From the NCBI GenBank assembly GCA_045837725.1, contig JBEWZL010000022.1:62001-126000 (forward strand): a DNA stretch of 64,000 bases, written 5' to 3'. Of this stretch, positions 38,680 to 51,500 are shown piece by piece; the first letter of the stretch is position 1; every line of letters starts with the position of its first letter. Position numbers and translations under genes: made by a program. The notes beneath the pieces were generated by a model. It worked only from the letters and a program-made list of their open reading frames with translations, was not told the DNA's origin and searched no databases. This stretch comes from Vermamoeba vermiformis. Taxonomy: Eukaryota.

Positions 38680-40410
38680 TTACAAATGATTTCCCCGCCA
38701 CGTTGGAGCAACTAAAGTCATCAATATAACAAAAGCATAGCAATTTCTAAGAATCCGTACGGTTTCGCGATCCCATTTAAAAAGGTAGCTCAAACCAAAG
38801 CTATCCTTTTCAACCCATCCCAAAAAGTTATCAATAATGAAGTGCAGCAGTATAATGCAGTAACAAAACGTATTCTCGAACAACGTTCGAAATATTGTCA
38901 GATCTCGAACCGACTCCACGACCAACTTCCAATCGATCATCAAGAAGATCAGTAATGCTCCAGTAATGAAGACCTGCCATTTCTTCTTCGTCATGCCTCT
39001 ATCATAATACGATCGGAAGTATTCTTTGCTGAGCATGGTGTACACGAACATTAGTCCAAGCAGTCCAACGCCTGCAAATACACTCATCGATGCTGGGTAC
39101 GCGAGCCACGTTAACAACATATAGGCAGAGAGATATATAGTCCATGTGAGTAAGAACTTCATCGAGGGTCTGTCGCCGTTAAAACCCGCAAATACACGAG
39201 CGATGAAGAGCTGGAGGCAGAACGAGACAATGAACATAATTTGACCAAACCAGCTCTTGATTGTTGGCAAGTAGTTCGAATGTAACGCATCGTGCACAAT
39301 CATTGGTGCAAGCAAGAAGAGCAACACGTGCAAAAACTTGTTGTTCAGTGGCACAAAATCTATTGGATCCGTTAGTCTTGCGAACCAATTTTGTCGATTG
39401 CCTCATAGCCAATGAAACTACATATAATACACTTACAAAAGTACTTTGTCGGGTTGATGGGGCGATAAGAATACAACTTGACGTCGTCTCCGTAATAAGT
39501 CGTTGACAAATCAACCCTAGAATAGCTCGAATAATCGGCCAACATGGGGGGAAGAAATGCACACACATCAAACAAAATATCGGCGGTGGACTGTGGCTGA
39601 GTGTCGTGCCAATCAACTGACGTCTCGTCAAACATTAACTTTGCATCAAATCTCGCGTCCGAAATGTTGAATTGCCAAGGCTTGGTGCCCTTATACCCCA
39701 CCTCGAGCATTAAATACTTGCGTATACCTGATGAATACAAGTTGATATTTGAATTTGCTTACTTTTTTTCGGCTTTGACTTGCGGCCAGTTTGGGCTACG
39801 GAGTAATGTTTGCATCAATCCCACGATCAGGTCAGCTCCGTATTTGCTCGCAATAGCTGCTGCACGAACAAAGTGCGCACCTCGAGTTCGATCAGAGCTC
39901 AACATTTGTTCAATTTGATCCTCGGGTATTGCAACGCCTTTCGCTTGAAGCGAGTGGTATACTTCACGAAGTCTGACAAGAATTAGTAAGCGCGTGCAGC
40001 ACTTTATTTCATCATACCTGTATCTAGCCTGCGCAGCTACTTCTGTTTCTACGGTTGGTTTAATTGCATGATGACGCCAGTACTTGCTTACAAGGCGACA
40101 TTCGATCATGGCACGCGGATCCAAAAAAGTCATCATGTGCTCCATTATTTCCTGATAATATTTTTAATATTATCTATATATTACAGAGTGATTGGTTGAT
40201 GATTAAAATATCGGTATTTTGAAATACAACAGAAATTAAAATTGGTCTTTAATTTGATCTGAGTTGTTTTACCTGAGGAAGCACTTGATCGATCACTGCA
40301 TCGCTTGGATATACAAAATATGCATCTTTGACTTTATCAACAACTTTCTTGAGAAATTGAATGAGCACGAGCGACACAGCCAACAAGAACGCCGCTAGTG
40401 TCCACAACAT
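38680..40410 (-). CDS. Membrane F-box protein, array copy B
   Basis: MLWTLAAFLLAVSLVLIQFLKK; LPQEIMEHMMTFLDPRAMIECRLVSKYW; multi-TM C-terminus ending APTWRGNHL*. Confidence 0.8.
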
Positions 40411-40709
40411 TTTTACTGGCGCTTGGATTTGCTAGTACTATAAATTGTTAAATAATAAATAGCAAAATAATATCACGTCAGTTGTTCATCATTTGTTTCA
40501 AATAAAATTTGATGAAACGACAAATTTACCTTTTCCGCTTACGGTACCTGATAGTACTAGTAAAAAAACTATATGTCGACGTAAGCTGCTCATTTTTGTT
40601 TCGTAAACTAAGCTTCGGCGACGAAAAGCATCTTTATTTTACATGCAGGCTTTGATCCAATTCCTCGACGCAGACCAGCAACGTTTAATAATACAACTTT
40701 ATTTATGGC

Positions 40710-42383
40710 TTACAAATGATTTCCACGCCACGTTGGAGCAATTAAAGTCATCAATACAACGCTCATGTAGTTATTTCTTAGTGTTACAAATGTACCAGAT
40801 TCCCACGTGATCAAGTGCCGCCAGTGAAAGCCGTACTGTTTAATACTACTCAAAAAGTTGAAGAATATGAATAGTAGCAGTACTATGTTGTAATGAACCG
40901 TGTTGTTGAACAACGTTCCAAAAAAGGTTAGATCCATAATTGACGCCACGACCAACTTCCAATCGATCATGAAGAATATCATTGACAATCCAATTATCAG
41001 CACCTGTATTTTCTTCTTGCCCAGCGCCCGACTGCCGTATGGAAAGAAATACTCCTTAGCGAGGAGATAGTAAAAGAACATGAGAGCTTGAACACCAATG
41101 CCTGCAAACACACTCATCGATGCTGGGTACGCAAGGTACGTCAGAAGTATGTAACTGATGGAGAATACGGCCAGTGCGATTTTGAAGTCTCTAGCAGGCG
41201 TATACTCGCGAATGAAAGCGTGGACTATTAGGAGCTGTAAAATTACAGCACAGATGAACATGATTGGTCCAAACCAGCTCTTGATTGTTGGCAAGAAATT
41301 CGAGTGTAGGATATCGTGCGCGATCATTGGTGCAAATAAAAATATCAGCACGTGAAACATTTTAGCGCTCAACGGAAGGAAGTCTATTCGCAATAAAAAA
41401 TTAGTGTTAGTATTAAAGGCTGTAAAAAAAAAGTGCGAAATTTCGCTCAACTTACAGAAGTACTTTGGCGCATTGATAGGTTCGTACATGTACAACTTGA
41501 CGTCGGTAGGGTTGTAGGCAGGGAAGGGAGACGTGTCCAGGACTAAATTATAAGTAAACGTCTCTTCCCACTCTACTGTGGCCTCATCGAACATCGGCTT
41601 TGTGCCGACGAAATTGTTTGACAACGAAAAATGCCACGGAGCGTAAGAATTGTACCCACTGGTTAAAAGGAAATACCTTTGTATTAAACGATTAATAAAG
41701 ACGCGGTAAATAATAACTACGTACTTTTTTTTCGCTTTCAGTTGCGACCAATCCACGTGAGTGAAAATGTGGTGCGATAGCTCTGACTCCGCAAAAATCA
41801 AATCTGCCCCGTGCTTGCTGGCAAGTGCTGAAGCGCGAAGAAAAAATGAGTCCTTTGTGGCCCTCGACCGCGTCATCATAGCTTCAATTTCCTGGTTGGC
41901 AATCGTAATGCCATTCTCATTAAGCTCGCGGTACACTTCGCGCAACCTTGGCAGGCTATGATTAGCTCAAATAACGCCTTAAACACCGTACCTTTGTCGA
42001 GCCCGCTCTAGTGCTTCCATTTCTATATTTGGTTTGGTCGCATGATGATGCCAGTACTTGCTGACAAGGCGACATTCGATCATGGCACGCGGATCCAAAA
42101 AAGTCATCATGTGCTCCATAATTTCCTGATAATATTTTAATATTATCTATATAATATATCGCTATCGATTCTCTATTAAAATATTGATCTAACGCAATTC
42201 AACCGAAATTAAAATTAGTCTTTAAATTTGATCCGGGTGCTTTACCTGAGGAAGCACTTGATCGATCACTGCATCGCTTGGATATACAAAATATGATCTT
42301 TTGACTTTTTCCACAAACGCTTTAAGAAAATGAACGAGTAACAGGGACAAGATCAGCAAGAGTACCGCGAGAGTCCACACCAT
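40710..42383 (-). CDS. Membrane F-box protein, array copy C
   Basis: MVWTLAVLLLILSLLLVHFLK; same F-box and intron positions as copy B; ends APTWRGNHL*. Confidence 0.8.
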
Positions 42384-42563
42384 CTTTGCTTTGAGCTAGA
42401 ATACCGGTTAAACGCCTGCTTGTTATCTACAATAATATCAAAATATTATTTTGCGTCGCACTGGTTGAAACAAAGCGCTTTACGTCTGGTCATTTTCATT
42501 GAAATTATTCAGTTGCGCAATACTTTTTTAAACTGGTGATTGTTATGAACATTTATTTATGCC

Positions 42564-44275
42564 TTACAAATGATTCCCACGCCATGTTGGAGCGATTAAC
42601 GTCGTTAGTATAACAAAAGCGTAGCTTTTTACGAGAGCCCAAACCACCAAAGGATCCCAAGCGAATAAAAGTCGCCAATTAGCGCGGTGGTTTTGAACGA
42701 GAGCTAAGAAGTTAGCCATCATGAAGTGCAGCAGTATAATGCAGTAACAAGACGTATTCTCGAACAACGTTCGAAATATTGTCAGATCTCGAACCGACGC
42801 CACGACCAACTTCCAATCGATCATTAAGAAGATCAGTAATGCTCCAGTAATGAAGACCTGCCATTTCTTCTTCGTCATACTCTTATTGTTGTACGGCAGG
42901 AAGTATTCTTTGCTGAGCATGGTGTAAACGAACATGAGAGCTTGCACACCAATGCCTGCAAACACACTCATCGATGCTGGGTACGCAAGGTACGTCAGGA
43001 GTATGTAGCTGATGGAGTATACGGCAAGTGTAATTTTAAAGTCATTCGCGGGCAGTTGATATCGCATTAAACTGCGAACCAGCAAGAGCTGCATTACTAC
43101 AGCCCAGATGAACATGATTGGTCCAAACCAGCTCTTGATTGTTGGCAAGAAATTCGAGTGTAATGCATCGTGCACAATGATTGGTGCGAATAAGAACAGC
43201 AGTGTGTGTAGCAGCTTGTGGTTCAATGGAATGAAATCTACGAATGACGTGCAAAGTTAGTTGACACGTGTCACTTTGAAATGACGCGTAGGTGGTGCTC
43301 AATACTTACAAAAGTATTTTGGCATGTCGTGTGGGCGATACAAATACAACTTGACATCTTGCTGGTTGAACATCGGCAATTTCTTTGTATCAATCATAAT
43401 ATCAGCTGTTGTCCAATTGGCGGTGTCGTGCCAATCTACTGACGTCGTGTCAAACATTGGAATCGTGCCAAACTCGTAATTTGACACGCAAAACTGCCAC
43501 GGTACTTCGCATTTACGGCCCAAAATCAACAAAAAGTATCTGTTAATAAATATTTAGTTGCGTTCAGTAATATTAAAAAGATACCACTTATAACACATAT
43601 TTGTAACATATACTTACTTCTTGTTGAAATTTGCTCGGTTCCACTTGTCCCTTTCTAAAATAAATTTGCAAGCCGAATCCGCAACAACCAACTCCGCGCC
43701 ATGTTTACTCGCTATAGCTGAAGCACGAACAAAAGACATATCTTTGGTGAGCTTAGATTCCATTAAGTAATTGATTTCGTCCCTAGAAATGTACAATTCT
43801 GACCTGATCTCAGCGAACACTTCACGCAGCCTTACAAGAGCACTATTAGCTTTGTTAATGTTCAGAATATCGTACCTTCGTCGAGCCCGTGCTAGTACTT
43901 CCATTTCTATATTTGGTTTGGTTGCGTGATGATGCCAGTACTTGCTGACAAGGCGACATTCGATCATGGCACGCGGATCCAAAAAAGTCATCACGTGCTC
44001 CATTATCTCCTAAAATAAAAATAATGTAAATGGTGCATATTTTAGGCTTGATAAAAGCTATGAATTAAGGTGAGCGCCAAAATCTTTTTAGAAAAAATCT
44101 TTTTTTAAATTAGCTGGCCGTGCCACGCTGCTCATACCTCGGGAAACGCTTGATCGATTATTGCATCGCTTGGATAAGTATAATTTGATTTTTTGACGCT
44201 ATTCGCAACCTTCTTGAGGAGGTTGACTAGTGCCAGCGACAAGATCAGCAAGGATGCTGCAAGAGTCCACAACAT
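42564..44275 (-). CDS. Membrane F-box protein, array copy D
   Basis: MLWTLAASLLILSLALVNLLKK; FPEEIMEHVMTFLDPRAMIECRLVSKYW; ends APTWRGNHL*. Confidence 0.8.
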
Positions 44276-44612
44276 CTTTGCTACGTTGTGCTACGTTGCT
44301 ACTCGTAGCATCGTTTATTATTGCCATTGTACAACAAATTTCAACGTCAGCTATTGTGTCAGTCCCGTCTCAATTGTTATTTATCTGAAAATCAGCTTGT
44401 GACCGTTGAAATTTATCAAATCGATACTAAACAACACGGACCTCATTGTTGCTATACCTACAAAAGAATAACACGACTTGTGAGACGGTGTTGGGTGAGG
44501 AGCTCGATCTGGCTGCTTTCCGCAACAATCCGTTTTATTCGAAGATATTTACAAGGACAAAATTGATTATATAATATAATTATATTGCATATGGTAATAA
44601 GAAAGGCTAATG

Positions 44613-45552
44613 TCAGTCTAGAACTTTCGGAGCGGAGATGACCTCCAAATCTGCAGGACAGCTCAGAGAGAGGTCCGCAAAATTCATACTACGACGTCTA
44701 TGACTGCTATTATGATGGTGGTGAGTATTGTGCACGGGCCAGAACTCCGCATGGATCGCGGCAGCTTCCTCTTCAAAAACTGGGCCGATGACTTGCGACA
44801 AAAATGTAAGAATTATTGCAAACCCATAATTAATATTATTTACGGCTATTTTCTCTGCATTTGACTTACTTTCAATTTTGTAGCCCGCTTTGTTGCAGAT
44901 CTCGCTGAATGTCATCAGAGGCGGAGCTTGAAACGAAGTGAAATTTAGCAACTAGAAGATATTCATATATTTAATTATATGGTACGTACTTCTATGAGCA
45001 AGCTTATGAAACTCTTTCGCTGAGCAAGCAAATACGACGCGTCGGATACCGGCGAGCATTATCGCGCCAGCACACATGATGCACGGCTCTGTCAACAGTA
45101 TTATTAATATCAACTGTCATATAGCATTATAGAGATCCCGTACCCGTGCTGCTGTACAATGTAGCTTCATTTAGCTGCCTTTGCGATATTTTTTGGGATG
45201 CTTTTGAGACCAGATTGAGACAAGAATGCTTCGTGCAATCGTTTATCTATAGTACGACATATCGTAAGTCACTTTCTATTGCATCTTATGCGAAATTGAA
45301 TAGCACAAGCTAGATTTACCTCTCGAGCGGTGTTCTTTGCCATCACCATTATTTCGCCATGTTCATTGGCCAACAACGCGCCAAATGGATAATTATTGTT
45401 CTGAACATATCAAAAGAATATTAGACCGTTGTTTAATGGTACATGAGTCCTAGATCTCACGCGGATTTGAAACCTACCTTGACGGCAGCGGTAGCTAGTT
45501 CGATAGCTCCTTTAATGCAATCTATATCGCTCTTCTTCAATTCAGCTTCCAT
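44613..45552 (-). CDS. Zn-dependent cytidine/nucleoside deaminase-fold protein with HAE replaced by HSC
   Basis: MEAELKKSDIDCIKGAIELA / NNNYPFGALL...N / DCTKHSCLNLV...ATLYSST / EPCIMCAGAIMLAGIRRVVF ... VIGPVFEEEAAAIHAEFW. Confidence 0.85.
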
Positions 45553-46040
45553 TCCTTAATCGGTGGTGCTTCTATCGAAGTGCACTGACTCAAACCAAGT
45601 TTTTTATCTACTTTTGTTATGGACTCACGGAAAATTAAAATAAAGGCGAAACTTCGATGACATTCTAGAAATTTGTGCCGTAACTCACCCGATAAGGTGC
45701 TAATTGTCGATAAGATGAGCAAACACCATGGGATTGCAACATGATGCGGAGTATATCTGAATCCGTTCGATCCGATTAAATCGCCGCGCGTAACAACGTT
45801 GTTCCCAGTGCTCCGCTTCGATCTTAGTTAACTATCATTACATCAGTTGTTTGTCATTGCCTTTACAAGTCATTAAGCGAAATGGAACGGGACGCGTGAG
45901 TTCAAACAGAAATTTTCCTCATCTGAGGAATTCACCACAAGGAACCAGGAAATTGGCTTAAAAATCTTTTTTAATTAACGTGGTTCAAATTCTGATCCAC
46001 TGCGTAATCTCTGGAAACAAGTTCTGTGTGCAACCCCAAG

Positions 46041-48501
46041 ATGTCTTCTGATCTCAACTACAAAGAGATGCGAAAAGCTGTCGAGAACGAGCAGGCTTTA
46101 ATGAAGTTCATGCTCGCTCTGCCTCCAGATCAATTTCAGGTAGATTACGATATTTTGTGTTGAGAGATGCCAAAAATTATTTTTTAAAATTCAACGCACG
46201 TTGCCAATTACAATCAAATACGAAAACCTGCGTTTATTAAATTCAGTCACTCTACTTATCACAAATATAAATTAAACGGTCGTCTGATATTTTGTTGCCA
46301 GAAACTTATGGAAACCTCGGCAGAATATGCGAGAGCTATGAAAGCTACATCCGAAGTAGAACTTACTAAATTTAGACATCAAAAAGAAATCGAAAAAGAA
46401 CAATTAGCACAGCAAAAAGTGCGTGAAGCTCGAGAGGCTGATCTGGAAAGGTAATGCTAAGACTCTTGATGCCTTTATTGCCCAACTAAGCGATGCTACA
46501 ATAATAGGAGGCAGTTCGAAGAAGAAACTAAGCGCAGGAATGAAGAAGATAAAGTGCGACGTGAAAAAGAGAAGTTGGAACATCGACTCAAGCGCGAGAC
46601 TGAAGAAGAAGAGGTTAGCTTAGAAAGGTTATAAGAGCGTAGTACTTAATATATTTGTATATTAGAAACGACAAAAAGTGCGATTGCAAGCGAAAAAAGA
46701 ATTTGAAAAGATGGATGAGGAACAGAATTAAGCGCGAACAAGAAGCTGAACGAAAAAAGCTCGAATTGGAAGAGAAACGACGTGAAGCCGATATTGCGCA
46801 TCAAAAAAAGCTCGTTGAATCGAAATTAGAGGCAAAGGCAAAGTAAGTTATAAAAATTAACTGAATATTTAACTGACAGATGACATCCAGGATCGAACGA
46901 GAAAATGAGGTTAAAATGGCAGATTTTCGATTGCAGCAGAAAGTCAAGAAGGCCGAAGCGATGAAAGAATATTACCTGGAAAAAGAACGAGAACTGCAAA
47001 AGATCAAAAGTAGTTACGACGTCGAAAAAGAGCGTATCAAGTGGGAGAAAATGACAGAATTTTTCAGCGGTGACGAAGGTCATAAGCGAATGTGGAACAT
47101 AGGTGGTGTAGTTATTGGCGCGATGGTAACATTATACGGCTTAAAAACAGGTTATCCGCTCGTGCAAAAGGGACTCAAGAACTACTTCTTTAGACCAACG
47201 GTACGTGCTCCTATTAACTATAATAAGATAACTAATGTAATTTTCCTATTAAGCTCGTGTCCAAGTACCATCGTTATGATAATAAGATGAAGTCACTATT
47301 CACCAGGGCTGAGAAAAATAAGCCGAATGTCATCTTACGCCCGGATCTGCAACGCAAAATGGACTCCATCATTCAATGTAAGCGCATATCCTTATAGTAT
47401 ATTAGTCTACTATTATGCATTCTAATTAAGCAATAATTTAGCTACTCGAAATACATCGAGCCGAGGTGGATTTTATGGTCATTTAATGTTGTACGGCCCT
47501 CCTGGTACTGGCAAAACTCTGTTCGCTGAGAAACTGGCTAGGGAGTCTAAGATGGGTACGTAGCATATTAATCATTATAATAACTCCAATCTCACCAGCA
47601 TCTGATTGGTCTAATTGATTCTTTTTTAGACTTTGCTCTGATGACAGGCCCTTCTTTCGACCAATTTAAGCCTAATGAAGCTATAGTAGAGATCAAGAAC
47701 TTGTTCTCTTGGGCAAAGAAGTCTAAAAGAGGCTTGTTATTGTTCATAGACGAGGCAGATTCGTTTTTAGAACATCGCTCGACTTTAAATCCAGAACGTG
47801 TTCGCGTCTTGGTAAGACTAGGAAATACACCTTGCAAGCATATATTTTTAGTTTGCGCTAACTCCGTAGATTCGCCGCCTTATTTAACGGCTGATCCAAA
47901 AATAGACAATACTAACTTCGTTTCAATTTACTTAGAACGAGTGGATATCTCAAACAGGCACTGAGACTCGTCAGTTTATGTGCGTTTATGCGACTAACCG
48001 AGCTGAAGTGCTTGATCCAGCAATTCAGTCGCGTATCACTCGTTCTTTCGAATTTCCTGCGCCGTCGCATGATGAACTTTTAGGAATGCTACAGCAATAT
48101 ATACAGATGTATCTTATCGATGAAGTTGGTTTGCAAGGTAAAAGCTCGCTTGTCGGAGATTGAAATTACTACAATTAGAAATTGCCATTTATAGCATGTA
48201 ATATTAATTTGTAATCATTACAGAGACGAAGCAATGGTGGAAACGAGCTGTTACTAAGAGAATCGATATCTCCCTCATTGACTATGCCACTATGCATAAA
48301 TTGGCTAAAGAATTTGCCAAGCACCGGTTTGTGGGTCGGGATGTGACGAACTTCGTTATTTCCGTAGCGCAAGAAGCTTACGCTGACCCTAACTTCGCCG
48401 TAACTCCGTTAATGCTCTCTGAGGTCATGCGAGATCAGATCAAGAAAAAACAGACCGAACTTCAATACTCCGAAAAGTTTGCCACTCGGCTACGCCTGTA
48501 G
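46041..48501 (+). CDS. ATAD3-like AAA+ ATPase (coiled coil, TM, C-terminal AAA domain)
   Basis: Long E/K/R coiled coil; hydrophobic IGGVVIGAMVTLYG; Walker A LMLYGPPGTGKT; DFALMTG; LFSWAKKSKRGLLLFIDEADSFL; ATNR...LDPAIQSRI. Confidence 0.82.
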
Positions 48502-48598
48502 TGCTACTAAAACAGTGTTATTATCGAATCGCGTTTATTTATTATTCGACTTAATCACTAAATATAATACGTTACAAAAACTGAAGCCCTGCAATTGA

Positions 48599-51500
48599 TT
48601 ACATAATCAAAGCGAGCAAGGCAACAGACAACACGCCGCAAACAGCCAATTGTTCGGCACCGCTGACGGGCTTGGAGATGGGCGAATTGCTGCCGCTAGG
48701 ACCAGATCCGGAAGGAGTAGATCCACCAGGAGATCCGGCAGGCGCGGATTGAGGAGTGATTCCAACCGCTTGAGGAGGGGTGTTGCCTTTGATCTCAGCT
48801 GTAATATACATTATTAGTACTCGTCATATCTTAAAAGACTTCACACGTACTAGGCAACGGGTTAGAGCTGACGTCGGTGACGGTGACCACAGGCACGTTC
48901 GTGTTGAGCGTGTCAATGCCACCTGAATTGACAAAACTGTAAATAGCGATGGCACTGGCGGAAGTAACTTCAATGTTGATCGAGGAGCCACCAGCACGCT
49001 TGACAAGTGGGGTGATGGTAATGTTGAGTTGAGCGGAGCTGACGCCCAACAAATTGCTGAGAGCGTCGATAATGCTCTGCAATTCACCGTTCAAAGTGGC
49101 GGCGTCAGAAGAAGAGATCAATTGGAACACAAAGTCGCTGGGGCAAGCGAGCTCGGGCATGTTGAGGTCGAAGCCAAGGATCATACCATCGGCGTACCAT
49201 TCAGCAAAGGTGGGATTGACAGATGTGCCCTATTTAATGACACGTTAGCCATCTAGTTAACGAGCGACTGTTGCAAAGTGAACTGAACTTACGACAAAAG
49301 TGACCTTGGGGAAGATATCATGTCTGCCAGGCTGGAAGGTCATGGGCAAGTTACCGCCTTCCACGTCCAAGTTGACGAAGTTGATTGTCGGGGTCAAGGT
49401 GGCCTCAGTCTCGAAGATGTTCTCGTAAGAGAAGAACGCGTAGTACTTGCCGTTCACCACTTCAACGCACTGAATGATGGTATTGATGCGACCACCAATG
49501 CAGGCGGGGATATCATAATCACAACCAGCTGTCGGGGCTGTGCAAGTGGAGCAGATATCAGGGACGGGAGGAGCGCTGAAGGGGACGAACGAAGGAGTGT
49601 TCGAGCCTTGAGGAGCAGCAACGGGAGCAGCAGGAGTAGGCAAAGGGTTGCACCTGCCGTTTATGCAGTAGATCTTGTTGTAAAAGTCGCAGTCAATAGC
49701 CAAAACGCAAATCTCGCCAGTGGCGCAAGACATGTTCAAAGCTTGAGCACAGAGGGTACCACCGCAGTCAACGTCGGTTTCAACTCCGTTCTTGATACCG
49801 TCATCACATCTGGGAATATCTGTAGACGATATCAATCAATCGTTGCGCAGAGACATTATAACACTAGCTCGATCTACTTACCGCACTTGCCGCTGTTGCA
49901 GTAGTTGTCCTCGCAGTCAGAGTTTTGAGAGCAACCCTTGGCGAGAGGACACTTCCTCGTGCACACAGGGCCACCGCAATCAATGTCAGTCTCAAAGTTG
50001 TTCTTGAAGCCGTCGGTGCAAGAAGCTGGTTTGCAGGTACCAGCAAATTTGCCTCTGTAAGGGTTGATATAATCAATGTCGCCGCAAGCCACGTTGTTGC
50101 AATCAAAAGCTGTCCAGCATCTCTGGCCGACATTGCAAAGTACACCAGTAGCGTCGTTTTCTTTGCACCATTGACCACAATCACCACTGGGAGGCTCGAA
50201 GCCGTTATCTTGTCCGTCGTGGCAAGTAGCGTCCTCTGAACAAAAAAGGTCATTACAACAACTCACATACACTTGTTTTAGTTAAACTTACGGCATTTGC
50301 CGTTGAGGCAGACCCAGCTATCGCAATCATCGAAGCTGTCGCACTTTTTGGCAGTAAAACATCTTGGGCAGTTGGTTTCGAGGGGGCCGCAATCGATATC
50401 AGTCTCCAGGCCGTTCTGAACACCGTCGAAGCAGGTGGCCGATTCTATTGTGTGGTCCGGTTAGACTTGTTCATCAGCAAGTTGGAACTCATTATCACTT
50501 ACGGCAAGTCTGATCAACAACACTGCAATAGCCGCTGACACACATAGCATCTGAAGTACAGGGAACATTATTCGGGCATTTTGATTTTCCCCCCTGTGCG
50601 CAGAGGGCACCACCACAATCGGGGCCAATTTCGTCGGAATTCTGAATACCATCAACGCAAGTCGCGGTCGCTAAGACAATTGTCAGTGGGCGTTCAGCGG
50701 TCCTTGCAAGGTACTTACTGCATTTGCCGTTATTGCACACCAGCGAATCACAATCAGTGCCCGCATAGCACGACTTGCCAGCAGCACATTTAGCGCAGTT
50801 AGGACCACCACAGTCGGTGTCAATTTCGCCTTGGTTCAAAACGTTATCTCCGCATGTTGCAGCAGCTGCAAAATTACAGTTAAGAAAACAAGTATAAACA
50901 CTGCTTGAAGAAATAGTTACCGCAAAAGCCGTTGGAGCAGCTGTTGCTATCACAGTCTGCGTTTGAAACGCAAGGTGAACCACTACCGCACTTGTCTAGG
51001 CAAACAGCGCCACCGCAATCAATGCCAGAGTCGTAGTTGCTATCTTGTTTGCCGTCACGGCATTTAGCGTTGACAGGTGAGAAGGCAATGCCTTTGAAGA
51101 GCTGATTGTCGTCGCTTCTGAACAATTTCTTCCTGGACAAGGGAGTATCAAAGCTGCCTTCGCCAGCAGTGTCGGTGAACTCCCAGACTTCAGAGTAGAC
51201 AGCACCAGCAGGGCGGTAAGTGACGTAGAGGTAGACAGTGGTTGAGACCAAACGACCAGTGATGCCGAAGTACTCGCCACCGTCGTTGTTCAAGTAGAAG
51301 CTGTTGTAATTAAGGGCGTTCTTTGAGAAGGCCTTGTAGATGCGTTGAGGAGCAGAGGCGTCTGTCATGTAGTAGAAGTAGTTGCCGCCGTAGGGAATGG
51401 ATACTATGCCGTTAGGGTCGTTGGGGATGGTACTGGCAGCGTAAACGGTGCTGAACGGATAATCGTTCCGCACGTTTTGCTGGATGTACCTCCAAGCCAT

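Noticed and set aside
23884-44275. Repeated blocks that might suggest CRISPR or prokaryotic/viral cassettes
   Set aside because: The repeats are paralogous intron-containing genes. There is no repeat-spacer periodicity, cas gene, integrase or capsid gene.
45553-45742. Possible signal-peptide exon upstream of the deaminase
   Set aside because: The hydrophobic frame has no in-frame ATG and the tracked ORF 45537-45722 is out of frame with the deaminase. ATG 45552 gives a complete domain, so this is more likely 5' UTR.
49029-50793. Long plus-strand ORFs opposite the Cys-rich gene (and similar antisense ORFs elsewhere)
   Set aside because: Shadow ORFs caused by codon bias of the real genes; no motifs or splice logic of their own.
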